IMG/VR virus record: IMGVR_UViG_3300032116_015700
Span: 27,094 to 91,093 of that record
Length of the DNA: 64,000 nucleotides
Source of the DNA: a virus
Direction: 5' to 3' (one strand)
Under the pieces are notes generated by a model, which searched no databases, was not told the origin of the DNA, and saw only the letters and a list, made by a program, of their open reading frames with translations. This document shows positions 54,290 to 63,355 of the stretch, piece by piece (the stretch's first letter is position 1; each line of letters starts with the position of its first letter). The position numbers and the translations under genes were made by a program.

Positions 54290-56065
54290 TTAAATTTTAG
54301 TTTCATCTAATAAGTTTTTTTCATCAAGCATATCCGATTTTTCATTTAAAACCTTCTTTTTTGATGAAATTCCATTTATATATTCTCGTGCAAGTTTTTT
54401 TGCGTTTATGTTTAATGTTCTATCCTCTCTTTTTCTCTCCTTATGGTTTTCATCATCACCTAATGGGTCTCTACCATACGGATGTTTATCTTTACCATAA
54501 GTGTTTCCTTCTCTTGGTCTTCCTACCCCCCTACTTAATTCAATTTCAGTTTTTAATTTACTGATTTCTTCTTCCACATTTTGTTGTTGTGGTGGGTTTG
54601 CTGGGTCTTGTCCTTGTTGTTCAATTGAATTCTGTCTAAAGCGGTCTTTTAGGTCTAATATTACTTTAGCTCTCTCAATATCTATCTCATCTTGGGATAA
54701 TCCAAATACATTATGATAAGCCCAATCCGATGATAACATATTAAGTGCTTTAACATCGGATGCCAATCTTACTTTTTCGGACCACAAATTAACCTTTTCT
54801 TGCTCATAGATTGTAGAAGCATTTGTCAAACTCAATTCAAAGTTTGTCATTTCAGAATCCTCAATACCATTTGCTGCTAAGTGAACTACTGCAATTTTTG
54901 CCAATTCACTAACAACTGTACGTTGAATTCTTTCAATAGTTCTTGCAAAACGAACATCTTCTGCTGCCAACGTAGCTTTACCATTTACGTTTTCATCATA
55001 AGATAGATAAGCTTTTGGAACTCTTAAAGCTGCAAATAATTTGTTTTTAAGGTAATCAATATCTTCAATTGCTGCATAATCTAAACCAGCTAAGTTATCA
55101 ATAGTTGTACCACTATCACTACCACGAACTGGTAGGAAGAAATCTTCAGTAAGATTTTGGATATTGTATTTTAAGTTGTAATCACCAGTATTTTTATCAA
55201 CAAATGGAGTTTTCTTCATTTTATTGATAATCTTCTGCATATAGTTATCCACTTCTTGCGGTGGAATGTTACCAATATCTATTTTGAATACTCTCTTTTC
55301 AGGTGCTCTCATAATACGATGGATTAACATCGCATCTTCCATAAGAGATAATTGTTTCCAAATTCTTCTTGCACCCTCAATCATTGACTTACCATAAGGA
55401 AGGAAGTTAGTATCTGATAACATTCGGAAGTGAGCCATTTCGTACTGCTCATATTCCTTCTTACCAAATCGGTCTAATTCAATTTTATACTTAACGTAAT
55501 CAGGATTGTTAGGGTCAGTACCCTCTAATCTTTCTACGTTATAAGTTGAGTGTGGTGCTACGTTAATGATACCTTTACCAGGCATAATTTCTAATGCCAC
55601 AAATGCATCACCATATTTTACCAAGTTTCTAATCCAAGGCCATAAGTTAAACTCCACATTCATTATATCGTAGAATAAGTTGTGAAGCATTTCTCTTACA
55701 TTCTCATTCGTTGATTTAATTTGAAGAACATCACCATATTCGTTCTTCGTTGTGGATTCATCTGCATATATGTCTAATGCCGAACCAATGATTGGGTCCA
55801 TATCCATAGCATCATAATCTCTAAAAAGTTCTCTACGAACTTGATGATACGCCATTGATTGTGCACCCTGATGTGTTTCATAAAAAGACCTTTGTAATTT
55901 TGTGTATCTATCTCGTAAATTTACAAAATTTGTACTAGATTGTCTATCTTCAACATCAATTACTCTACGTTTACCATCTTTATCAACGGTTACGATTGCA
56001 TTAGTTGAAAATAGTTTTTTAAGTCTCCCAAAGAAACTTCTATCGTCTTGGAATTGTTCTGCCAT
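54290..56065 (-). CDS. Portal protein (T4 gp20-like)
   Basis: LMEDAMLIHRIMRAPEKRVFKIDIGN, EDFFLPVRG, LFAALRVPK, EDVRFARTI. Confidence 0.95.
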   Translation of the reverse strand: MAEQFQDDRSFFGRLKKLFSTNAIVTVDKDGKRRVIDVEDRQSSTNFVNLRDRYTKLQRSFYETHQGAQSMAYHQVRRELFRDYDAMDMDPIIGSALDIYADESTTKNEYGDVLQIKSTNENVREMLHNLFYDIMNVEFNLWPWIRNLVKYGDAFVALEIMPGKGIINVAPHSTYNVERLEGTDPNNPDYVKYKIELDRFGKKEYEQYEMAHFRMLSDTNFLPYGKSMIEGARRIWKQLSLMEDAMLIHRIMRAPEKRVFKIDIGNIPPQEVDNYMQKIINKMKKTPFVDKNTGDYNLKYNIQNLTEDFFLPVRGSDSGTTIDNLAGLDYAAIEDIDYLKNKLFAALRVPKAYLSYDENVNGKATLAAEDVRFARTIERIQRTVVSELAKIAVVHLAANGIEDSEMTNFELSLTNASTIYEQEKVNLWSEKVRLASDVKALNMLSSDWAYHNVFGLSQDEIDIERAKVILDLKDRFRQNSIEQQGQDPANPPQQQNVEEEISKLKTEIELSRGVGRPREGNTYGKDKHPYGRDPLGDDENHKERKREDRTLNINAKKLAREYINGISSKKKVLNEKSDMLDEKNLLDETKI

Positions 56066-56073
56066 AATCTATT

Positions 56074-56511
56074 TTACCATTTTCTACAAGACCAATATCT
56101 TGCTTTTGTTCTTGGACCAGGATTATCACAATTGTGTCTTGCTCTAAAATTAGCCCTTCTACCAGGATTATTTTTCTTAATCTTTACACCTTTCTGACCG
56201 AAGTTTACTTTTATTACCTTACCAGTCTTTGGGTTTTTTACATATACCTTAAATTTCTTAACATCACCTGCCATTGGTTTGCCCAACTTTACTTCTCTTC
56301 CTTGATATTCAGCTTCATAAACACATCCACAATTAGCTTCTTCCAAAGAACTTTGATAAGATTTAAGATAGTTTATAAAATCATCCATATCTTCTTGCTC
56401 TACATCAAGCTCATCGTAATCATCAATTGGGTTATCAGCCGGAGTATCACCTTTTGAATACGCCTTATCTATGTATTCATCTTCTTTAAGTATTTGCGAT
56501 AATTTAATCAT
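56074..56511 (-). CDS. Basic protein with acidic leader, probable internal head protein; likely start at 56511
   Basis: MIKLSQILKE leader; EAEYQGREVKL...FRARHNC...ARYWSCRKW; motif variant at 56541-56548 supports the later start. Confidence 0.6.
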   Translation of the reverse strand: MIKLSQILKEDEYIDKAYSKGDTPADNPIDDYDELDVEQEDMDDFINYLKSYQSSLEEANCGCVYEAEYQGREVKLGKPMAGDVKKFKVYVKNPKTGKVIKVNFGQKGVKIKKNNPGRRANFRARHNCDNPGPRTKARYWSCRKW

Positions 56512-56574
56512 TTTATTCTCTTTTTGATTTTGACATATATCATAAATATCAATTATTACCAAAACACCTCATTT

Positions 56575-58176
56575 TTATAACCATTGCGATAAGTCTTCAA
56601 AATCATCTCCTATTCTCATTTTCCAAGGATTATCCATTCTATCAGTAGGACTATAAATTCCACTATATTGCTGATTAGAACTTATACCACCCAACGCTCT
56701 TTTTGTAAGGTCAATACCTTCCTGTCTTAAACGCAGCGCGGTATCCCTTACCCACAACCCAATACTGAATGCCATAGTAAGGTCATCGTTATATCCCTTC
56801 ATTGCTTCTGCTCTACCATTCATAAAAATAAAAGTGAATAATTCATCAATTAAACGATTAGAACGAATAGTAACCGATTTTTCTCTGAAATATTCATCTA
56901 ACTTTGATACGATTAATGGTCTTGTCTTTGAAGTGGTTGAAAATCCTGCTACCATACCTCTTTCATCAGCACGATATTTGTTTCTCATTTGATTTTCAAC
57001 ATCCACATACTTTAAATCCTTACTCATATAGAATAAGTTTTTATAATCTCTATCTATACATTGTTGGATACACGCCCAACCAATATTTGAATTTTCCACT
57101 ACTAAAAGAGCATCATTATATTCGGTTGCCAAATTAACTAAAAAGTTTCCAAAATCTTTTGTATCAATTTTACCTTTATATTCAGCAACCTGAGTTGCAT
57201 TCAATATATCTAAAACATGACACGCAGAATAATCTGCCCCATCACCTCTCGCAACGTCCGCTACAACCATATAAGAACCATTTGCGGCTGGATATTCCCA
57301 TCTCCAAAGGTTTCCATCAAATCCAGTCTTTTCAATTGGGTCTTTACAATAAGTTTCTTTATAGAACATTAATAGTTCAGGCTCAATAACAGTATCACCA
57401 GAAGAAACGAAGTCACAATCGCACTCTTGTGCTGCTTTCTTTTGTCCTAACAATTTTTCTTGCTCATCTCTCCAACTTTGGTCTCTTTCAGGATGCACTG
57501 TCCAATGTAAACGAATTGTATTGAAAGGATTAGTTCCTTCTTCTGCATCTAACCAAGTTTTGTGAAACCAGTTACCCACACCATTAGGAGTAGAAAGTGC
57601 AATACACGCACCACCTGTTGAAAGGGTAGATTGTGCTGATACCCATATTTCATCAATATCCTCAATGAACGCAGCCTCATCAAATATAAGTAAGGAAAGT
57701 GCTTCAGAACGTCCTGCATCAGGAGATGATGCAATTGCTTTGATTTGAGAACCATTATTTAATCTTAATGAAAGTTTGTTATCTTCCATTGAACCACCCT
57801 TTAACCAAGATGGAAGGAGGTCATGCATTACCCTTACTTTAGTTACCAAGTTTTTAGCAACCTCTTGTTTTGTTGCAATTACCAATATATTAAAATCGGA
57901 ATTAAACAACATATTCCACAAAGAAAATCCAGCACAAAGAGTTGAGATACCTGTTTGACGTGATTTAAGAACAATATTAAAACGATTATCTTTAAATCCT
58001 GTTAATGTTTTTTCCTGAAATGGAAAAAGGTGAAAAGGTATCTTACCTCTCACCGGGTGCTGAATCATACAATATTTTTTCATAAAGTGTATAGGGTCAG
58101 TTGCACACTTTTTGTATTCTTCTGCTATAATCTCTTTTAAAGATTTTTTTTGTGTTATTCCTAAATTCTGAGTCAT
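56575..58176 (-). CDS. terL: Terminase large subunit (T4 gp17-like)
   Basis: LKSRQTGIST (Walker A), LIFDEAAF (Walker B), STPNG, nuclease ADVARG-x-x-x-DYS and DDL. Confidence 0.95.
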   Translation of the reverse strand: MTQNLGITQKKSLKEIIAEEYKKCATDPIHFMKKYCMIQHPVRGKIPFHLFPFQEKTLTGFKDNRFNIVLKSRQTGISTLCAGFSLWNMLFNSDFNILVIATKQEVAKNLVTKVRVMHDLLPSWLKGGSMEDNKLSLRLNNGSQIKAIASSPDAGRSEALSLLIFDEAAFIEDIDEIWVSAQSTLSTGGACIALSTPNGVGNWFHKTWLDAEEGTNPFNTIRLHWTVHPERDQSWRDEQEKLLGQKKAAQECDCDFVSSGDTVIEPELLMFYKETYCKDPIEKTGFDGNLWRWEYPAANGSYMVVADVARGDGADYSACHVLDILNATQVAEYKGKIDTKDFGNFLVNLATEYNDALLVVENSNIGWACIQQCIDRDYKNLFYMSKDLKYVDVENQMRNKYRADERGMVAGFSTTSKTRPLIVSKLDEYFREKSVTIRSNRLIDELFTFIFMNGRAEAMKGYNDDLTMAFSIGLWVRDTALRLRQEGIDLTKRALGGISSNQQYSGIYSPTDRMDNPWKMRIGDDFEDLSQWL

Positions 58177-58868
58177 TAATCAGTTGGTGGTTTTACTAAA
58201 TCGTAATTTTTATCTTTTAGTTTTTCCCATGCTTCATTTCTTTTTTGATAAGCTATTTTTAATTCTTCTTCAAAAGTATTAATATCCGCCTTAATCTCAT
58301 TTCTCATTTCATCAGCATCTCTTTCCATTTTCCACTTTTCAATTTTACCGTCTTCATTTACAATTTCATATTCTTGTTTTACATCTTTAAGAGCTTGTTT
58401 AAATTGAGCTATTACTTCTTTACCATATGAAATCATATTTTGAAAGGTTCTAAAATCAGTATATTCCTTCCACAATGAATCTTGCTTAATTTGTAGTTCT
58501 TTTTTAGCTAAACATTTTGCACAATAACCGGTTTTACTAATTAATTTTTTATCTGCATTACTAATTTTTATAGTATTGCAATCACTAGCCGAACACGTAT
58601 TTAATTTAGATAAATAATCTCTAACTTCGGACATTGTATCCGATAATTCATTAATTCTTACTTTTCCAAACTCTTTTTGTTCCCAAATTTTACCATCGGA
58701 ATCGGTCCATTTCTCTCCTATTTCTTTTTTACGATTTTTTTCTGCTGATTTTTCCGCATCAGTAAAGGATATTTGTGTATTTTTTTCATACTCTCCTCCA
58801 GTTAAAACCATATTTGCCAACTTTCTACGCGTTGGATGCATGTATTTTTTTTGAAATTCCTTTGACAT
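58176..58868 (-). CDS. Hypothetical protein with a possible zinc site, coupled to terL
   Basis: CSASDC and GYCAKC; stop overlaps the terL start. Confidence 0.55.
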   Translation of the reverse strand: MSKEFQKKYMHPTRRKLANMVLTGGEYEKNTQISFTDAEKSAEKNRKKEIGEKWTDSDGKIWEQKEFGKVRINELSDTMSEVRDYLSKLNTCSASDCNTIKISNADKKLISKTGYCAKCLAKKELQIKQDSLWKEYTDFRTFQNMISYGKEVIAQFKQALKDVKQEYEIVNEDGKIEKWKMERDADEMRNEIKADINTFEEELKIAYQKRNEAWEKLKDKNYDLVKPPTD

Positions 58869-58919
58869 ATTATTTATGATTATTCTAATAATAAGTATAT
58901 CAAAATAAAAAAATTAAAA

Positions 58920-61736
58920 TTAACGAGAATATTTAAAAATACCTAATATTTGATTGAGAGGTGCAAATGCACCTGTAAGTTTGTATGTATTTCCCCCATA
59001 AACGAATACAATACCTTCGTTTGGTACAATTTTATCAAATCCACCTAAAGCGTTTAAACGGCTTAGTTCTATTTTTAGCTTTTCAATTTTCTTTGGGTCA
59101 CCACTTGCTTTTATTTGTTTAATAGCGTTTCCTAATTCTTTTCTCAATTGTTTAGTTGCATCTGATGGATTTGCTGTTAATACCGATTCCATAAATGATA
59201 ATACATCCGCTCCCACTCCTAAAAATATTTCTTCAAATTTCATAAGATTATCTTTCATAATCTTTTGTTGGTCTTGTTTTTCTATTTTATCAGCCCAAGC
59301 TCTTATTTTATCATCCTGTATTTGATTTATACGCATTGATTTATCACCAAACGCCCATCTCTTAACCAATCCTATTTTTGAACCAATATCTAACTTTTTT
59401 GCATTCTTTTCTACAAAATTAGTCCACCAAGCTTGATGGTAATCCGCAACTCCATCGGAATCTGCTAATCCAAACTCTTTTTGAAGTCTATTAATCATTG
59501 ATATGTATTTACCTTGTAGTTTAGAAAGTTCTTGTGATTTAGGTAAAGATTGCATTGGAGGTCCTTGAATTGTATATGTATCCTGAACATCTTTATTAAC
59601 CTGCTTAATCATTCCAGCTAATATTTTTGCAGCTTCCTGATTCTCACCAATTACCTCACCTTCTTTATCATATTCAAAAGTACCATGAAACACTAACAGC
59701 GGTTGACCATATGGAATTACATTAGAGTTTTGAGGATATATTACTTCTAAATTCATAAAACATTTACCATCCTTAAAAATCTTCTTTCTTTGTGGTTCGG
59801 ATAATGCAGCTATTGCTTTTGAAAGGTCATTCATTGCAAATGTATAAGCATCGGTTAAAGCACCTCTACCAGCAAATTGTTTTGCAACTTGACCAATAGT
59901 CATAGCACCTTCACCCTGATTTTTTGTATGTGATTTGTTTCTTGCCGCAACTAATCTACCATTTACCCAACTAATTGCCAACGCCTGTCCATCGGTTTTT
60001 TCTCTTGCCAAATCCAAATCACCATTTAATGCTCTTACTACAATTTGTTTAAGGTCACCAAATGTAAGATTCATCTGAATATCAAACGGGTGATTCATAT
60101 GACCATATGCTCCACCTTCTAAAAGTAAACCCTCACTTAATGGGGTTTCAATTTTGGAAAGTTTACTATAATAATTTGGGTCTTCGTACAAATGGTCTAA
60201 TGCAATTTCTTTAGCAACTTCTATATCAGTTGTATGTTCTCTTTCAACAGCATATCCTTTTATAAATTCGTTCTTTAAAGTTTGTGGACTTATCTTATGA
60301 TGTTTAGCTATATCTGATAATGTCATACCTTTTGCCAATCCACCAGGTATTTTATCTTCTTTTACTTTAGTATATTCTTCGCTACCATCTTTATCCAATT
60401 TAGATTTTAATTTCTTAACATCTTTTGGATTCGGTGCACCATTGATATATCCACCAGGTAAACTTAAACCAACTCCCGCTCCTCCTGGTAATCCCATCTC
60501 ACCCATAATCTCATCAACTATTTGATTGATTTCATCCTCTGATATTAATCCCTCTTTTACAACCTTTATATTTGCTTTACCATCCATTTCGGCCTGTTTT
60601 CTTTGTTCTTTTTCTTTTGTGGTCAATGCTTCTTCCCAACCCAAATCTTTTACTGCTTTTAAGGCATCACCTAACCAGTTTGTGTACGCACGTTTTGCTG
60701 TAAATTTCCCAATAGAATCGGTATTTTTAGGTTCTTGCATAATTGGAAAATTAGTAACCTGATTTCTCGGGTCCATCTCTTTATAGTTTACTAATTCTTT
60801 TTCTTTTTTTAATTCGTCAGGTCTATCAACCACATCATATCCAATTTTTTTACCTCTTGTTTTAGCCTGATTGTGGTATTGTTTCCAAGATGATGCAAAA
60901 GGACCTGTACCATCGTCTGTTTCTATTCTTTCTACGCCGTTTGCAAATTGAACCGAAATTTCTTTTAGTTGCTCTTTTTTAGGAATTCTAAATGTTACTG
61001 CTTTTTTACCATTAATTGTTGGCATTCCATATTCATCTTTACTTATAGATTTAACAACTACTTTTTTGTTTTTAAACCTACCCATAAGAATCGTATCACC
61101 AACTTTAACGTTAAGTTTAATTTCTTCGTTTATATATTCTTTCAGAGATTTTAGTTTCAGAGTAATCATTTTGAATATCTGCTCATCAAACTTTGGGTAT
61201 GCTTTTAAGAACCCTTTCTTTCTATCTGCAACGCTTCCTGCACTTAACCAATAACGAACATCAGTACCACTAATTGGATTTGATTGAGCTGGTGCAATAT
61301 AAACATATCCTCTATCTAAATAACCAGTATCTACTTTACCCTTATATGGTTTAAAATATTTACCACTTAAACGTGATGAATCCTTTTCACCCACCGCAGT
61401 CACAAAGGCTGTGGTATCTGAATCAAATTTGTTTAATATTTCTTCTGGAGCGTATGGGTTTTTTATACTTACTATTTTGTTTGATGGAATACCAAACATT
61501 TTTTGCATTATAGCCTTTTTCTCTCTAAACCCAAAAGGAGATTTTTTTGAATCGGTAACATCAGAAGTTCCAATGTACACGCTATCTTTTCCGAACTTCT
61601 TAACTAAATGTTCGTATGTGGCAAAGTGCCCTTTGTGAAATGGTTGAAAGCGGCCTGAATAGACAACAACCACTTTGTCTATCTCAGCCGCTTCTCCCAA
61701 TATTGTTTCTACTAAAAATTTTGCTAATCCCTTCAT
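58920..61736 (-). CDS. Multidomain protein: HxGH nucleotidyltransferase, small helical module, KxDG ligase-like domain
   Basis: YSGRFQPFHKGH and ISGTDVR; EHT...AKEIALDHL-x-EDPNYY; EKTDGQ...NLEVI...EGIVF...YKLTG; promoter motif at 61752-61759. Confidence 0.7.
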   Translation of the reverse strand: MKGLAKFLVETILGEAAEIDKVVVVYSGRFQPFHKGHFATYEHLVKKFGKDSVYIGTSDVTDSKKSPFGFREKKAIMQKMFGIPSNKIVSIKNPYAPEEILNKFDSDTTAFVTAVGEKDSSRLSGKYFKPYKGKVDTGYLDRGYVYIAPAQSNPISGTDVRYWLSAGSVADRKKGFLKAYPKFDEQIFKMITLKLKSLKEYINEEIKLNVKVGDTILMGRFKNKKVVVKSISKDEYGMPTINGKKAVTFRIPKKEQLKEISVQFANGVERIETDDGTGPFASSWKQYHNQAKTRGKKIGYDVVDRPDELKKEKELVNYKEMDPRNQVTNFPIMQEPKNTDSIGKFTAKRAYTNWLGDALKAVKDLGWEEALTTKEKEQRKQAEMDGKANIKVVKEGLISEDEINQIVDEIMGEMGLPGGAGVGLSLPGGYINGAPNPKDVKKLKSKLDKDGSEEYTKVKEDKIPGGLAKGMTLSDIAKHHKISPQTLKNEFIKGYAVEREHTTDIEVAKEIALDHLYEDPNYYSKLSKIETPLSEGLLLEGGAYGHMNHPFDIQMNLTFGDLKQIVVRALNGDLDLAREKTDGQALAISWVNGRLVAARNKSHTKNQGEGAMTIGQVAKQFAGRGALTDAYTFAMNDLSKAIAALSEPQRKKIFKDGKCFMNLEVIYPQNSNVIPYGQPLLVFHGTFEYDKEGEVIGENQEAAKILAGMIKQVNKDVQDTYTIQGPPMQSLPKSQELSKLQGKYISMINRLQKEFGLADSDGVADYHQAWWTNFVEKNAKKLDIGSKIGLVKRWAFGDKSMRINQIQDDKIRAWADKIEKQDQQKIMKDNLMKFEEIFLGVGADVLSFMESVLTANPSDATKQLRKELGNAIKQIKASGDPKKIEKLKIELSRLNALGGFDKIVPNEGIVFVYGGNTYKLTGAFAPLNQILGIFKYSR

Positions 61737-61766
61737 ATAGTTACTATACTATATAAATATTTGGGA

Positions 61767-62186
61767 TTACTCTTTTACAACTTTCAATCCACTAGAACCA
61801 TCTGGCATAGTTTGTTGAGATTGTTGAGATTGTTGTCTTTGCATCTCAGCCAATTGTTTTCTAGTTGGTGCGCCAGGTTGGTACTGAATAGTTCCATCTT
61901 GAATATTGATTCTACCTTGTGGATATTTTTCATCCAATCCATCAATAATTTCTCTTAATTGAGAATTTAGTGCTTTAAATTCATCTTCACCCTTTTCTAA
62001 AAAGTCATCCATTCTGATGATTTCTTCATTGATTTCTTTCTTACGAATGTGAATTTGTCCAAACTCTACAATCAAACTTTGAATTTTTTGATTATAATCG
62101 TTAATAGAATTTAGAATATCTGCATCTATTTTTGCAGTTTCTATCGTAATTTGTTGTTGTTGTGGTACATTATCTAAACCTGCCAT
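61767..62186 (-). CDS. Hypothetical coiled-coil protein
   Basis: 139 aa, helical, KYPQGRINIQDG. Confidence 0.55.
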   Translation of the reverse strand: MAGLDNVPQQQQITIETAKIDADILNSINDYNQKIQSLIVEFGQIHIRKKEINEEIIRMDDFLEKGEDEFKALNSQLREIIDGLDEKYPQGRINIQDGTIQYQPGAPTRKQLAEMQRQQSQQSQQTMPDGSSGLKVVKE

Positions 62187-62229
62187 AAATTATTGTTTTA
62201 TTATTTGTATATATAACTATATTGTTTTT

Positions 62230-62976
62230 TTATTTTTCAAACACCGAAACTCCCCTTTTTTTCACAACTTCTCCCGCACAATAGTTTCCCCATTTTATAG
62301 ATTCTTCTACATCATTAGAACTTAAATACTTTGCAACAAATCCTGCTACAAATGTATCACCCGCACCACTTACATCGGCATTATCTATTTTTTTAGTTTT
62401 AATTAGATTCCCCTTATACGATGCTCCTTTACCATCCAACGTTATAATTATTTTTTCGTCTAACCATTCATTTTCTACAATTATATCGTGATTATTTTGT
62501 GCCTCAAATCTATTTAATTTTATATATGATATATTTCTACACCAATCACCCAATGTTTTTTTGGTATCAAGTATGATTAAATGATGTAATTTAGAAATTT
62601 CAAATATATCATTTTCGGTTAGAAACCCTTTACAATAATCCGAAATAACAACCGCATCAAATTCTGATAAAGGTGGTAGTTCGCTAATATTGATTCTTTT
62701 TACTAAATCATTTTCATCTACCCTTAAATAAAGCTCATTTGTATCTTTATTTATATATCTGGTTTTAATAATATTTCCTTCACCACAAAAAGTTTTTACT
62801 TTTATATCCATTGATTTCAGATTTGCAGCAGTGTTAGCAGCCATACCCAAATTTACAACCGTTTCAATCGGATTAAAAATAGGACCGTTTCCTTCGGGTG
62901 ATTTTCTAGTTGATGTCCCATATATGAAAACATCATTGCATTTCTCACCAATTACTAAAACTTTATATTTTGACAT
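62230..62976 (-). CDS. rfaE1: Heptose-7-phosphate kinase (HldE kinase half, PfkB family)
   Basis: RKSPEG-x-x-PI, GMAANTAANL, VVISDYCKG, DVSGAGDTFVAG, VVKKRGVS. Confidence 0.85.
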   Translation of the reverse strand: MSKYKVLVIGEKCNDVFIYGTSTRKSPEGNGPIFNPIETVVNLGMAANTAANLKSMDIKVKTFCGEGNIIKTRYINKDTNELYLRVDENDLVKRINISELPPLSEFDAVVISDYCKGFLTENDIFEISKLHHLIILDTKKTLGDWCRNISYIKLNRFEAQNNHDIIVENEWLDEKIIITLDGKGASYKGNLIKTKKIDNADVSGAGDTFVAGFVAKYLSSNDVEESIKWGNYCAGEVVKKRGVSVFEK

Positions 62977-63355
62977 CTCCTAATATTTTTGATGTACTTA
63001 TATTATTTATTTTTTGAAAAAATTCTATTTTGGGAACATATTCCACGCCAATTATTTGATGATATTGATAATCATCACCTATTACCATAACATCTGGCTC
63101 CCATTCACGTATTCTATTAATAAGTTCGTCATCCGTACCAAAAGATACAACAGAATCAACAAAACGAATAGATGAGATAAAATCCATCCTATCAGAAAGG
63201 GTATTAAAAGGTCTTTCCCTACCTTTTTTATCCCTAACTCTTTTATCTTCGTCCAATCCAACCCTAACTGAACCAAACTTTGAAGCGTGTTCAAGCAAAC
63301 GAATATGACCAATATGTACAATATCAAATGTACCATTTACCCAAACTTTTTTCAT
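62963..63355 (-). CDS. rfaE2: Heptose-1-phosphate adenylyltransferase (HldE transferase half)
   Basis: NGTFDIVHIGH, KGRERPFN, VDSVVSF, PDVMVIGDDY, STSKI; overlaps the kinase gene. Confidence 0.85.
   Translation of the reverse strand: MKKVWVNGTFDIVHIGHIRLLEHASKFGSVRVGLDEDKRVRDKKGRERPFNTLSDRMDFISSIRFVDSVVSFGTDDELINRIREWEPDVMVIGDDYQYHQIIGVEYVPKIEFFQKINNISTSKILGDVKI

Noticed and set aside
45699-58176. Introns or inteins in the terminase, portal or capsid genes
   Set aside because: ORFs are continuous, of normal length, and show no intein motifs
58176-58868. Terminase small subunit
   Set aside because: Position fits, but there is no recognisable gp16-like motif; left as hypothetical
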